A program made the position numbers and the translations under genes. The notes below the pieces were generated by a model. That model saw only the letters and a program-made list of their open reading frames with translations, did no database searches and was not told the DNA's origin. Source: Octopus sinensis (lineage: Eukaryota). From it: DNA of 64,000 nucleotides. The stretch is from positions 16,616,001 through 16,680,000 of the forward strand of contig NC_043017.1 of NCBI RefSeq assembly GCF_006345805.1. The letters are read 5' to 3'. Position 1 is the first letter of the stretch, and each line of letters opens with the position of its first letter. Of the stretch, positions 25,300 through 40,526 are shown piece after piece.

Positions 25300-27624
25300 T
25301 GCATTCTATGCCCCTCAGTGCAACGAACTCAAGATATATATGAATGAACAAACACAACATATACGAAGCATCCACCATCTCTCCAACTTAAACTTTCATA
25401 AAGCAAACTGGAAGTTGATTGGCCTAAATGTCTCTCCACACCGGACATTAACGTGAAACACAAACACTTCATGTCCATAATACAAGCCATATGTGACAAA
25501 TATGTCCCAGTGTACAGGGCCAACACACATAAAAACAAAAACAGGATCCCCAGAGAAAGGAGGATTCTTATGAGACGACGGACAAGGATTGCGAACCGCC
25601 TGAGCAAGCACACCAAAAGTGGTGAGAAGTCTCGGCTCGAGAGAATGCTAATGGAAATTGAGAAAAGTCTGCATCAATCTCATGAAAAGGAGAGAGCAGA
25701 TAAAGAAGTTTGGGTAATAGGAAATATAAAATCAAACCCTAAAGCTTTCTTTAAGTTTGCAAAAGAGAACAGTGCACCAGAGAATAGGACCTCTCTTCCA
25801 AAAAGATGGCTCTCTCACAGGAAATCCCACGAGGATAAGTGAAATACAGAACGAACAATTCCAAAGTGAGTTCACTACACCTCTGGGACACAGGCAAGTA
25901 AACAACCCAGAAGAATTCTTTGCCACTTTACCTGCGGCCAAAGAGGCAAAAATTGAGTACATCAACATTGAAGATGATGATATCACACTAGCCATAGATG
26001 AGATTGACACAAACTCAGCTGCTGGACCTGATGGATTTCCAGCGATCCTTCTCAAATCGTGCAAACGAGCCCTTGCAAAACCGCTACAGCTTCTTTTTCA
26101 GAGCTTTCTTGCAAGTGGTAAGCTCCCAGTCAAATTGAAAGAGGGGGTAATATGCAGATGCTAAAAATTATAGGCCTATCTCTCTGACCTCACACATCAG
26201 CAAAGTCATGGAACGAATAGTCCGCAAGAAACTAATCATGTTCCTTGAAGAAAATGACTTGCTGTCTGACACCCAGCATGGATTTCGACCAGGTAGAAGC
26301 TGCCTAACACAGCTCCTGCAAAACTATGACTGGGTGTTAAAACAGCTACTAAATGGCTCAAATGTGGATGTAATATATCTCAACTTTGCAAAAGCCTTTG
26401 ATAAAGTCGACCATGGTATGATCTGTCACAAACTGCGTGGTCTCGGCATAGGCGGAAAACTTGGAGAGTGGCTGCACAACTTCCTAAAAGACAGAAGACA
26501 GGCAGTTGTGAGCAATGGAGCCACCCCCAAGGAAACACAAATAACAAGCGGTGTTCCACAGGGCACTGTCTTGGGGCCACTGCTGTTCATAGTGGCCCTT
26601 TCAGACATGCCCTCAGTTGCTAAGATGGCCACCCTTGCCAGCTATGCAGATGACACAAAAGTCACCCACACAATGCAAAACATTGGGAATATTGCACATC
26701 TGCAACAGGAGTTGGATACAATATACAGGTGGGCGGAGGACAACAACATGCAGTTTAATGCAGGTAAATTCCAGGCCCTGCGCTACCGGCACACAAAGGT
26801 AAACGACGTGCAGACTGGATACACTGGCCCGGGAAGAATTGCAATCCCTGAGTCAAAATCAGTGCATGACCTGGGCATTGACATGAGCAATGATGCATCT
26901 TTCCAAGTGCATATTACTAATCTGATGATAAAATGCAGACGGCTAGCTGGATGGATTCTCCGAACTTTCAGAACAAGAGAGAAGGAGACACTGATGGTCC
27001 TCTGGAAAACATTCGTCCTCAGCCGCTTGGACTACTGCTCCCAATATAAACTACTGCTCACCACACAATATAAAACTAACAGCAGAACTCGAAGCAATTC
27101 AGCTACACAGAAGATCGTCTCAATGCAAAATATCAGCTACTGGGAAAGACTGAAAGTATTAAACCTCTTCTCCCTAGAGCGGAGGCGGGAGAGATAAGCG
27201 GTGATATACATCTGGAAAATCCTGGAGGGTCTTGTCCCAAACTTTGGCATTCAAAGTTACTCCAACCGCAGAACGGGGCGCCACTGCATGGTGCCAAAGA
27301 TTCCAACATCACCATCAAAATACAGGACCAGATACTGCAACAGCTTGGGTTTCAGAGGACCACAGCTCTTTAACATCCTCCCTAAATGCCTGAGAGACTT
27401 ACATGGTGTGGATGTGGGTTTCTTTAAAACTAAACTGGATCTCTTCTTGTCGGGAGTCCCAGATGAACCTACCTCACGACAGGAGACGCAGATGCGGGCA
27501 GCAGCATCGAACTCCCTTGTTGATCAAGTGCCACGTATCAGAGGTGGATTCACATATTCGTGTAGCTCATTCAGCGGTGGTGCCCCAGCATGGCCGCGGC
27601 CTACGGGCTAAAACATTTTTAAGG

Positions 27625-27625
<1 letters not shown>
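25300..27625 (+). mobile_element. CR1-like LINE, 5'-truncated and frameshifted
   Basis: RT motifs QHGFRPGRSCLTQLL, FAKAFDKVDH, SGVPQGTVLGPLLF, YADDTK; 3' end ggtggtgccccagcatggccgcggcctacgggctaaaac followed by (TA)n. Confidence 0.9.
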
Positions 27626-27711
<86 letters not shown>

Positions 27712-27785
27712 CATATATATATAGATTGGTAGACAGATAGACAGACAGATAGTTAGACAGACAGATAGCTAGATAAATAGATAGA

Positions 27786-29790
27786 TAACTTCTTTATTGG
27801 CCACGCAGGGCTGAACATAGAGGGGACAAATACAATGTAGAGTTTTTATTTTCGCGGGGGTGGGGGAATAAAAAATAGGGAAAACGATCAAAAAGGGAAT
27901 CAAAATCGTTTGGGATGTACAAAAGTCGAAATAGTACAAAAAGTGGGGAGGTTTATCCGTGGAAAGAAAACCCTACGAAAAGACTACGGTAACCTCGGGC
28001 AATAATGTCATACAATAACACATTTACAAGTAGGTAACTCTCTTTTTACCTTTGTTTTTTATGGTTTATAGGATCATGTTCAAGGTGGCTCCGTCATTCA
28101 CACGTGCCATCCTTGCTACATTCGCTAGACAAAACTTCCCTCTCTACTCTCACCTTCCTCAAGTGATGAAAGAATGATCAGAGAGGAAAGTGTTTGTCTC
28201 TAGTCCTTTCAGACGCGTCCATCACACACATTCACTCGCTATAACCACAAGTACGATGAAAATGGCTCTTCCTTCCCGTTTGAAGGAAGGAGGCGTGACA
28301 ATATTGACGATAGACTCGGCTGATAAACCGACTCGTCCCACAATTGACAGCAGTCGTTCGACAGAAGTCCACAGATTGGAAATGGTAGACACTGCACGAG
28401 TGCGTGCAGAACGGTTTCGTCCCTCTCACCGCATCTCGGACAGGTCGGCCTGGTGTTCCTCGAGCCATGCTTGTAGAGCTTATCCCGAACGGGTAGCGCT
28501 TCTCGATAGCATTGCCAGGCCAGGGATCTCTGGAAGTTGTCCATAGGTCCCGGTAATCCTCGTCGGGTCAGGTAATCCTCGTCGATGCCCAGGTTCGTCC
28601 CGAGATCATCGTCGTACCTCCCCTCCACTAATTCCCTATAGAATGCTTTGGTTATGATGCAGTCGATCAAGGTCGATCCGGACGGCATAGTTGCTTGAGA
28701 GCAACGCGACACTCGCGGTGCCATTCGCCCTTCTTTAGCCTCTTCTTGATCCACGACTGCAGCTCGGCCATGGAGATGAGCTGCGAGAAAGCGCGCTGTA
28801 CAAACGGCGACTACACCTGTCCACCATCGTCTACGTAGAGCTGGAGATGTCGCAGTTTCAGCGCATATCAACCACGGCATGTCCAGCCCTCTTTTTAACG
28901 GGTGTTGGCAGCAAATGGCTCGCCTGACTATCAGAACACTTCCTTTCCACAGGAAGCGGAAGAGGATACGTTCTAGTTTGGTGAGGGTAGGGTCGGGATA
29001 AGGCATGACAGTCAGGCGGTAGTAGATGACGGACGCGATGTACACGTTCGCCACCTCTGCCCAACCTTTTAGGGACAGCTTCCTCTCGGCCCATTGCCGG
29101 GAGAGAGTGGTCACTCTACTCGTTATTCCGTCCAAGCTCTTCTCCGTTTGGAGGTTCCGACCAAACCTGACCCGAAGCAACTTGACCGGACTGTCGGTTC
29201 ATCGCCCCACGACGGAGGCGCTGCTGGACGGCATGTACTTGCTAGACACTATGACGGTGACGTCGTCCGCATACGCGAACACGCTCGTCCCGCATCCCAG
29301 TTCCCGCGGGAATCCCCTCAGCGTCGCCAGCTTCCGTAGTAATGGCTCGAGAGTTAATGCGTACAGAAGTGACGTGACGGACCGAACGTGCAATGTCGAA
29401 AGGTCTCGATAGATGCCCATTCACGCGAATTACCGAACGATACCTCTCTATAGGGCAGCTATCCAGCCGCGGAAGACGGGACCGAAACCGGCTGCTATGA
29501 GGACAGCCTACAAGTATCGATGGTCTACCCTATCGAAAGCTTTGGATTGATCCAAATTGATCAGGGCCCCACTCATACCAGGTTCCTTAACTACCCTGTC
29601 TATGATGTAGCGCATCAGATCGAGGTTGTCATGGATGCTCCGGCTCGGCACAGCACACGTTTGCGCCTTGTCGACCAGGTTCTCGATGACAAGCGCCAAC
29701 CTCTTAGCTAACACCTTGGCCAAAATTTTCAAATCTGCATTGAGCATAGTGATGGGCCTAAATTTATCTATTACGTCCCCCTTATTTGGA
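27786..29790 (-). mobile_element. Tx1-clade LINE copy C, 5'-truncated with internal deletions
   Basis: Minus-strand ORF fragments LNADLKILAKVLAKRLALVIE..., YADDVTVIVSS, RQWAERKLSLKG...; 3' end ccaataaagaag followed by (TATC/TGTC)n. Confidence 0.9.
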
Positions 29791-30672
29791 AGAAGATTCT
29801 TTGATAAGAGAAAAGATAGGAGAGGAGACAGATAGAAATGCGTCTGGACTGCGCAACAGACTGAAGGAAAAGAAAGATGATCACGTGAGGAAAGGAAAGA
29901 TGGACGCAGTGTTCGCTACCTTACCTCGTCTGAACCTAACGGCCCTCCCTATTTGTATTTGTTTGGTTTGGTTTGTTGTATATCCTGTTTTATTACCAAA
30001 TTTCACTCTCCACAAATCCCAAATTTTATTTTGGTTCGCGGGAGCAACTACCTTCAAAGTCTTATCTTGTCGTTCTTTGCCCGGAATAAGGAGCAGAAGG
30101 TCAGCCGCCAACTGATGGAGGGTCGTTTTTTATGTTACTTGTCTTGTTTCCATTTGTTTCTCTCGTTCTTTGCGTATGGGTAAGACGGTTGACAAGAGCC
30201 GGCCAGACTACCCCAGACTACTGTTTCTGCGTTGGCAGGATTTTTACGGCTGGATGCCCTTCCTAACACCAACCACTCTGTAGAGTGGACTCAGTGCTTT
30301 TTACGTGGCTCTAGCACAAGCAAGGTTAATTTTGGCAAAAGTTTTACAGATGGATGTTCTTGCAAATGCCAACCACTTTATAGTGTGGACTGGATGCTTT
30401 TTACATGGCACCAGCACTGGTTGAGTCACCAAGTAACTCGCAAGAAAAAGAATCTTGAGAGGGGCAGGGAAATGTGAGGAGGGAAAGTTGTGTCAGTGGA
30501 TGAAAGGTTAGACTGTGGCAGAGAGACAGAGAAACAGAAACAGGGGTCTTGCTATGGCGGAGGGGACATTGGAGGAGGTGATCCTGTCTCAAATGATGAA
30601 AGGTTTAGAGTGTAACAGAGAAATAGATAGGCAGAAATAAGTGTCTTGCTATAGAGGAGGTACAGGGTTACC

Positions 30673-30713
<41 letters not shown>

Positions 30714-30999
30714 AGGAGAGGGACAAGAAGAGAGAGGTACAAGAATGCGGGCAGAGATAGGCGTGCTACCCAGTCAGAGGGAAGAGCAAGGGAAAGAGAG
30801 AGAGAGAGAGTAGGAAACAGTAAAAGTGCAAGGGAGAGCAGGAGAGAGATGATGAAGTGCCAGGGTATACTCACAAGTCACAAGAATCGGAGTAAGGAAG
30901 AGAGAGGTACGAAGATCACAATATACAATACAGTGAGCAGCGATATATTGAGGGCAGGAAAAACTTAACCAACCTATTTTTAACTCTTTGTAATTTTTA

Positions 31000-31300
31000 G
31001 TTAGAAACATTTTGAAGGAAGAGTAGACAACCATCACAGTATAGACATCCATTGACGTTTGGGAGTTGGTCAGCCATCTCATAAAGGATATATATATATA
31101 TATATGCCGACCGAATCAGCAATTTGTGCTGAGACAGAACTTCCCATCGTGACAGCAAAACTATCAGACGTATCTTTACGGACCCATAGCTTATTTTCAA
31201 ATTTAATGATTGATTTTCTGGCAGCTAACACCATCCCGGGTGGGACCTGCTTTGCTGTGTGCAAACCAGAGTGCTTTGTTAAGTACAATTGGATTAATGG
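31000..31300 (-). mobile_element. Penelope-like element RT fragment
   Basis: ARKSIIKFENKLWVRKDTSDSFAVTMGSSVSAQIADSVGIYI resembles the PLE motif FDVTMGSYDGAEICELVGLY. Confidence 0.6.
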
Positions 31301-31493
31301 AAGAATAGTAACTAGAAACGTCGGACTGGATAAACTTAGTCACTTCCTGTTATTAATAGAATTAAACAAGTCGACCACTTGGAACGAATTACACCATAAG
31401 TTAAGCTTTAATGTTTGAACTAAAGAAAGAATATATTTATCTAGAATATTTTTACTAAGTACATCGATATCAGAGCTAGAAGGACACACACAC

Positions 31494-31561
<68 letters not shown>

Positions 31562-32006
31562 TGTGATTGTGTATATGTATGTATGTATAAGTTCAATAAT
31601 AATAAAAGGGTAAAATTAATTAATTAATTAATCAATTAATTAATTAATAATTAATAATTTTACCAAGTAGTCAGTACGTTAAAATAACCATTTTAGATAA
31701 AATTATGCAAATACTCTATAATTATAATCAAGGGCTCAGCTAATTGCTTCGTAAGTAAGTAAATATAAATAAGTAAATATAACTTTACTTTAATCTCGAA
31801 ACGTGTATGTAGCTAATCTGAGTCGTGGGATTCATTATTTTTTCTGTTTGCCCACGTAAAAAAAGTGTGTTACTGTCTGGGAGATCTTTATGACAGGCAT
31901 TTAGCTCCTATTTCTAAATCAGTGCGTGGCGAAGCAATTAGCTGGTCCCTTGATTATAATTATGTATATAATCATAGAATATTTGCATATATATATATAT
32001 ATATAT

Positions 32007-32883
32007 AACATTATTGGTGAATTGAAGAAATGGAGCTGAACGCAGATTGAACAGAAATCGTTTTATTTCATTCTACACGTGTTTCGAAAGGCACAAATTA
32101 CCAAAATCCGATTGAATAATGGGACCATATTGTGTCTTTCTCTTCAGGAAGAAAAAAGGAAATCCGTTGGAAAAACAAAAACAGAACAGAGGCGGAGCAA
32201 AAAAACAAATCGAACTGTGCTCCTAAGAGCCCATGGCGAAACTGTTTATCATTGTATGTTGAGAACCGGTGGCTGAAGAATTCAACGGGTCAGGATCGGT
32301 CAATCATGTGGGTGAGGGTGTATAGATGTTCTTTGTGACCGAGAATAAAGTTCTGACTATTTAAGGAATATTGGATGTTTTTATGAGGGGCGAGAAAAAA
32401 TCTACTTAGAGACGTGTGTGTGTGTATACTGTTCTATATATGTGTGTGTTGGCGTAGGGGTAGAAAACATTTTTTGTGTATGTGTGTGCGTTTGATCGTT
32501 CGGCCGATAAAACATCCAATATTCCTTAAATAGTCAGAACTTTATTCTCGGTCACAAAGAACATCTATACACCCTCACCCACATGATTGACCGATGCCTG
32601 ACCCGTTGAATTCTTCAGCCACCGGTTCTCAACATACAATGATAAACAGTTTCGCCATGGGCTCTTAGGAGCACAGTTCGATTTGTTTTTTGCTCCGCCT
32701 CTGTTCTGTTTTTGTTTTTCCAACGGATTTCCTTTTTTCTTCCTGAAGAGAAAGACACAATATGGTCCCATTATTCAATCGGATTTTGGTAATTTGTGCC
32801 TTTCGAAACACGTGTAGAATGAAATAAAACGATTTCTGTTCAATCTGCGTTCAGCTCCATTTCTTCAATTCACCAATAATGTT
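32007..32883. repeat. Long inverted repeat: ~377-bp arms, 123-bp spacer
   Basis: 32007-32383 is the reverse complement of 32507-32883, apart from two single-base indels I could see. Confidence 0.95.
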
Positions 32884-33036
32884 TTAATTTCAATTATCCG
32901 CACCAACGCACGGTTGCAACGCCAGATGGTTGTACCTCCAACCGTGCTGTTTACTGCTGTGATTTTTGCTACTAAGGTATCGGTTTAAACTTTTGATTAA
33001 TCTACTACAAGATTATTCATCTTTCTATTTCACATA

Positions 33037-33082
<46 letters not shown>

Positions 33083-33207
33083 GAATATTGTATATATATA
33101 GTTAATCCAAACATGAAAAACACCAAGAGAAAACACAACAACGCGAGGACGTGGAACAAGTATAGTGTTATTGGACGCTCAGGAAAGGAAAGAAAGAAGG
33201 ACCATAT

Positions 33208-33240
33208 AACTTTTCGAGCGGAGCTCTTCGTCAGAAACAT
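33208..33240 (-). ncRNA. Minimal hammerhead-ribozyme-like motif (Penelope-terminus type)
   Basis: Minus strand CTGACGA-A-GAGC-TCC-GCTC-GAAA-AGTT: catalytic core, stem II and GAAA. Stem III is non-canonical. Confidence 0.45.
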
Positions 33241-33305
33241 AGAAAAAGGAAAGATCCAAGGAAGGGAAGACGGAAGAAAAAAAAATCGCCAACGATACAT
33301 ACGCG

Positions 33306-33561
<256 letters not shown>

Positions 33562-34023
33562 ATTTATTTATATATTATTATATTATTAAACGTCGGACTT
33601 TATATATCTGTTCTGTAGATATAAATGAATATATGAATATATGTATGTGTTTGATCTTTCTATGGATTTTAGTAATGTTCCTTTTCTTTACCTTTAGTTA
33701 CTGTTCGTATTGCCTCCGCTCAGATTAATAAGTATATATATATTTATATGTATGTATATAACAAACTCTCCTGTCGAAGACGATGTATGCCGAACGACCT
33801 GCACAAATGATTTGTTCATAATGATCAAATGTGTGCCGTAATTTGTCATATAATATGTGACAATTATTCGGTTGCCATAAATCTCCGTGCAGGTTTCCGC
33901 CCCGACGTCCGAAACTCGGAGTTTTATCATGGCGACCGTATAATTATCACATATATTACAAATAAATTCCTTTGTTTACATAATATCGAGGTCTCTTTCA
34001 TTCTTTTGTTGTCTTGCCATTAC

Positions 34024-34079
<56 letters not shown>

Positions 34080-34080
<1 letters not shown>

Positions 34081-34477
34081 TAGCAGTATCGCCCGGCGTT
34101 GCGCGGGTTGTAAAGGAAATAACTATATAAGGATTTTTAGAGAGTTATAGCCAAAAAATAGCAAAAAAATGCAGTAAAAATGGAAAAAAAATTAAGGTAA
34201 ATTTTTTTTAAAATCGTTGACACATCGTAGATATTTTAGAGAGTTACTTCCTTATATAATAGCGATTAAAAATGCATATTAAAATGGAAAATATGATGGT
34301 AATTTTTTTTTAAATCGTAGACTCATCGTAGAGCACGCTAATACCCAGAAGGGCTCGATATGAATCACGACTATAAGATACCCGGTTTTTGTTACACTGC
34401 ACCGCAAAATGTGGGGGAGTAGTTAGGAATCTAAATCGTAGGAGACAGACACACAACTTCACTTTTATATATAAAGA
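34080..34477 (-). mobile_element. Non-autonomous Helitron family A
   Basis: CTAG at 34080-34083 with hairpin cccggcgttgcgcggg; minus-strand A|TC start at 34477; (TA)n flank. Confidence 0.85.
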
Positions 34478-35539
34478 TATAAGCCACGTAGTTATATACA
34501 CATACTTTGTTATTACACATTCTCAAAAGAAAATGTTATTTTGAACACAAAACATTTATAAAGAATAAAATATTTTTTGGTTTTTCTTTTAAACGGAATG
34601 CATACATTTATTAATAACTATTATATAAGTGTCGTCTGTTTATACATAAACACTGTTTCATACTGCAAGCTCGGCTCGCCAATTAATACTACCAAAATTT
34701 AACGACAGAAAGTAAAATAAAAACCAATTTACCTTCTGTATTGTTATAGCAATTCGACCGTCCGTGTGTCTTTGCAAAGTGTTGGAATGAGAAGCGAGTT
34801 GTGTTTGGGCCTTTTTTTACTAATAACAAACACAACGTGTTGTATGTAGTTGTTTGAAAAGTTGGTGTTTGTCACTGTCTATATGTATGTGTATGCGTGT
34901 GTGTGAGGAATGACACACACACACTCACGCACGCACACATGTACATCAATGCTTTCGGAGTGGAGTAAAGAAATGTTAAAATATTGAGTTTTCTCGAATT
35001 TTGTCTTAATTGGGGGTAAAAATTGAAGAAAATTTTGTATGGCATGACCCATGAAGAAGTACTTTGCAAAATCATGGGTAAACTCTAATTGAAGAAATTG
35101 CTGTGGAGGAGAAAATCGTTATGTATTTATTTGTTTTGTTTGCTGGTGTTTTTTTTTTTTAGTAGTGGTTTAAGGTACACTCTTCTTTTTATCGAAATAG
35201 TTTCACTTTAAACGTTGCAAACTTGCAAAGAGAAGTCGTAGAAATTAGAGTGGAGGTGATAGAGTGAGGAATCAGATCGCTCCCTTTTTGTGTTGTGGTG
35301 TGTGCGTGTGCTATAGCCCACACTAAGAAAAGCACTTGACTCACACACCACAATGTGAGTTTTCTCTAAATTTGCTAATTGGGGTTGAAATTTTAAAAAC
35401 TGGACCTGGCACGACCCGATGCATTCTACTCTTAAAAATGCTAGGTAAATTGTAATTGAAGAAATCCTATATTGTAGATTTCTAAAAGAGACAAAGGGAG
35501 GCAGATAAAATGATTGCACTGAATTATGATGATTATTCA

Positions 35540-36313
35540 GGCAAATATTGATATAAGCTTACGGTGGGAGATAAGGACTTAACGATCAAACGTGTGCCAT
35601 TGCATTGTTTTGGGGGAACCAAATTTCTGATGAGCATTATAGGGGCACCAACTTTAAGTTTGAGAAAGTGTGGTGGTAGTCCGGGGTGCTCAAAGGAATT
35701 GAGTACCTCTATTGGATAGTTGATGACGTCCTCTGTGTCAGGAGTTGTATCGATAGACTGATATACATAGACTTCCCAGGGAATGAGTTTAGCATTTCAT
35801 CATTAATATGGTGAACAGTTTTTATTCCTCGGGGCCAGTATAGCCTTTTGCCAATCCAATCCATATTCTGATAATTAGCTTGTAGATCTGGGAACACTGC
35901 ATCTCTGAGATCAGAAGGCGTCTCTTAACAATGGTACAAATGGAATCGATGGCAATATTACCATTTTCATCATCTTGTATTTGCCTTCGCCAAGTGCAAG
36001 GAGGGTGGTGGTGTGAGGAAAATGCTGCTGATGTGATATAGTCGCATATGGGCACGCATATTGGTGTGAAGTTTGAGAGTTACTTCCCTTTATTAAAAAA
36101 AATATGCATTAAAATGGAAAAAAATGATGGTAAAATTATTTTGTAAAATCATAGACTCATCGTAGACGCGCGTAATACCCAGAAGGGATCGATATGAATC
36201 ACGACTATAAGATACCGGTTTTGGTTTTAAACTGCATCGCAAAATGTGGGAGTAGTTAGGAATCTAAATCAGGAGAGTAGGAGACAGACACACCAACCTT
36301 TCTTTTATATATA
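35540..36313 (-). mobile_element. Helitron with family-A 5' end and PIF1 helicase fragment
   Basis: Family-A 5' segment (~36070-36313) joined to fragments LALGEGKIQDDENGNIAID, VFPDLQANYQNMDWIGKR, PGLPPHFLKLKVGAPIMLIRNL..CNGTRLIV. Confidence 0.75.
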
Positions 36314-36316
36314 ATA

Positions 36317-36820
36317 TTTTCGTCCTAAAAAACTTTGTATGGATTGAATGGTTACCTCTATGGAATATATACTCGCACATTATTCATACATGTGTGTATA
36401 GATGAATATAAATACATTTAAATATCTATATACACTTTTGAGCGATCTTTCTGTTTCTTAGAGATAACTTTAGATCTTATTTTCGTCCTAAAAATCTTTG
36501 TATGGAGTGCATGGTTACCTCTATAGGAAATATATACACAACGTTATACATACATGTGTGCATAGTGAATATATAAAATACATTTATATATTATATACCC
36601 TTTGGGCAATCTTTGTGCTACTTAGAGATAACTTTAGATCTTATTTTCGTCCTAAAAAAAATTTGTGCGGAGTGAATGGTTACGTTATGGAAATATATAC
36701 ACACACATTTATACATACATCTGTGTATAGATGAATATATAAATACATTTAAATATCTATATACACTTTGGGCGATCTTTCTGCTACTTGGATATAGGTC
36801 TTATATTCGTCCTAAAAAAC
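36317..36820. repeat. Tandem repeat, ~163-bp unit, about 3 copies
   Basis: The anchor cgtcctaaaa recurs at 36321, 36484, 36648 and 36808. Confidence 0.85.
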
Positions 36821-36866
36821 TTTCCTGTCACACACTCACGCACACGCACACACCACACAGACGCAC

Positions 36867-36908
<42 letters not shown>

Positions 36909-37296
36909 AAACGCACACACGTTAGCTTACAATTTTATTTATATATTTGCGTGTTCATGTGTGTAAAGAGGAAGTGGCAGAGTGAAAGAGTCACTCACTA
37001 CAAAAAGTGAATACTTTCACTTTATTCGTTGCACACTGTGTGTGTGCGTGTGCGTGTGGTGTAGGCCACACAAGAAAAGCATTTGACTTACACACACAAT
37101 GTGAGTTTTCTCTAAATTTGCTTAATTGGGGTTGTGAATTGAAATTTTAAAAACTGGACCTGGCACGACCCGATGCATTCTACTCTTACAAATGCTAGGT
37201 AAATTGTAATTGAAGAAATCCTATATTGTAGATTTTATAAGACTACAAAGGGAGCAGTAAAATCTGCCTTTTATAATAAGATAGATTATATATATA

Positions 37297-37349
<53 letters not shown>

Positions 37350-39340
37350 GTATATATATATGAAAGAAGGTTTGAAAATGCAATTTTAAAGATGTTTATT
37401 CACTTGACCGGTTTCACTTTTTCAAATGTAAAATGTAAAGCTTTGTATAAGTTTTGTTGTGTTAAGTACTGGTTGTCACAAAAGTATTAAAATACATATA
37501 TACATTCTTTGATAATAATAATAAGAAAATGTTAAAAACAGTTTACAACAAAAGTATTTAAGAAAATATTCAACAAAAAGTATTAAGAATTCAATAAAAA
37601 TCATGTTTGTTTGGTAGTATATACACAGAAGGAGATATATTTTCAAAGAATTCGAGAGGAACCAACCTGTCTTTCTGGCATTTTTTTATCTTTTGTGTAG
37701 CTAAAGATTGTTTGCTATTTGAAGGGACAGTGTGTGAGGCTGGTTGAGGTGAGGGGAAGGAAGAGCAATGTGGAATTAAAAGGATATTTTTGTTTCTGGG
37801 TTAGTCTGTGATGGTTCAGTGGTTTTTGGGACTGGTCTCAGAGGTCAGAATGGTGTGAGTGTGTGTGTCTCAGTGCTCGTCTCTATGTGTGTGTGTGTGT
37901 GTGTGTGTGTGGACCGTTTTTGATTGGTCCCCGAGTTTATTGTGGCGTGTGTAAATGGGTTTATGTGTTTTATATTTGGTAGGATGGTGGTGTGTATATG
38001 TGTGCACGTTTGTGTGTATATGTGTGTGGTTAATATTTGTTAGGGTTTTGTGTGTGCGCATGTGTGTGTATGTGTTTGTTCGCGTGTGTCTATGTGTGTT
38101 TCAGGATTTGTTCCCTATAAACCTGGTGCTTATTCTATCAGCTAAGTTACGGTGACGCAAACACACCAACATCGGTTATCAAACAATGGTGGTGGTGGTG
38201 GTAGGAGAAACACAGACACAGCATAATATATATATATATATATATACCCTATATAGAGATATAATATATATATAAGGATATACGTAAGATACATGACACA
38301 TGTATAGAAGAATCCAGAATACGTAACATATGGAGGGAAACGTGCAGAAGCTAAAGCTATCAGATTGTGAACCACACACGTGGTATGACAAACGACAGTA
38401 AATGGTTGGTAACATACAGAGCTAGAGAAGATACATGCATGGATGCTAGGAGGGCAAATGGATGTTAATCTGTTGCCAGACATGGAGACTAGGCTGTATA
38501 TCTGTATTCTGGACCTTTGTTAAGTGTCCATTTACTGTCCCAGGTCACTGTGTGAAGGGATTGGTGTTAGAATGAATTGCCAGCCATGATTACAATGTCT
38601 AAATGGTATAAATGAGCAAGAAGATCCTCAAAACTTCTTCAGCACAGAACTATCGAAAATAGAAAGAGTTGGAGTCTCAAAGAGTGCAGAATCCAAGGCA
38701 GCTTGGAAACCAGATGTCAAATGATGATGATGGTGATGAACACCAGTCTATGATTTCTAACATTTTAAGTGATGTTATAACAAGAGATTGAAGAGAATAC
38801 GTGTCTCAGTAATTTACTCATAATGTCAAATAAATAAAGTGTATACTTTCTCCCTCCCAAAATATATCAGATGGAGATATATATATATATATATATATAT
38901 ATCTGGGGAAAAAAGATTTAGTTAAAGTTTGAATATTAATGGATTAAGAACGTCTTTCTTTATTATCTTATATTTTTTGTAATTTCCTTGTTGAAGAGAT
39001 TATGGTAAGATCTAAGTCTACGTTGTATATATTTCTGGTTTTGTCAGCCTGTACCCTTCAATTTTTGAAGTTCATTAACTGTGCTTCAAATTACATAGGT
39101 GTTTATTCCTGCGAGCGTTTTACTTAATATTTTAAAGTAGTCTCCAGAATTATTTATTAAAACACAACACAGAGGAAAGTTACCTCGCACTAAAGATATA
39201 TTTATGTAACTATAAGTTTTCTGAATATTTGGAAGTATTCAGATAATTATTCACTGAAGAAATTGAAAAAGTGGGAGAAATTGATGCGATCATCATGAAA
39301 AATCCCCGCACAGAATTAACCCATTCTGATAATGAGCTCG

Positions 39341-40526
<1,186 letters not shown>

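Noticed and set aside
29790-30190. Minus-strand 76-aa ORF upstream of Tx1 copy C, a possible alternative ORF1 remnant
   Set aside because: No motif I can recognise and no clear alignment to ORF1 of copy B; needs a database search.
37395-37425. GAAACCGGTC hammerhead-like stem III on the minus strand (similar partial motifs near 31310, 52260, 61160)
   Set aside because: The CUGANGA core and/or stem II is missing or too degenerate.
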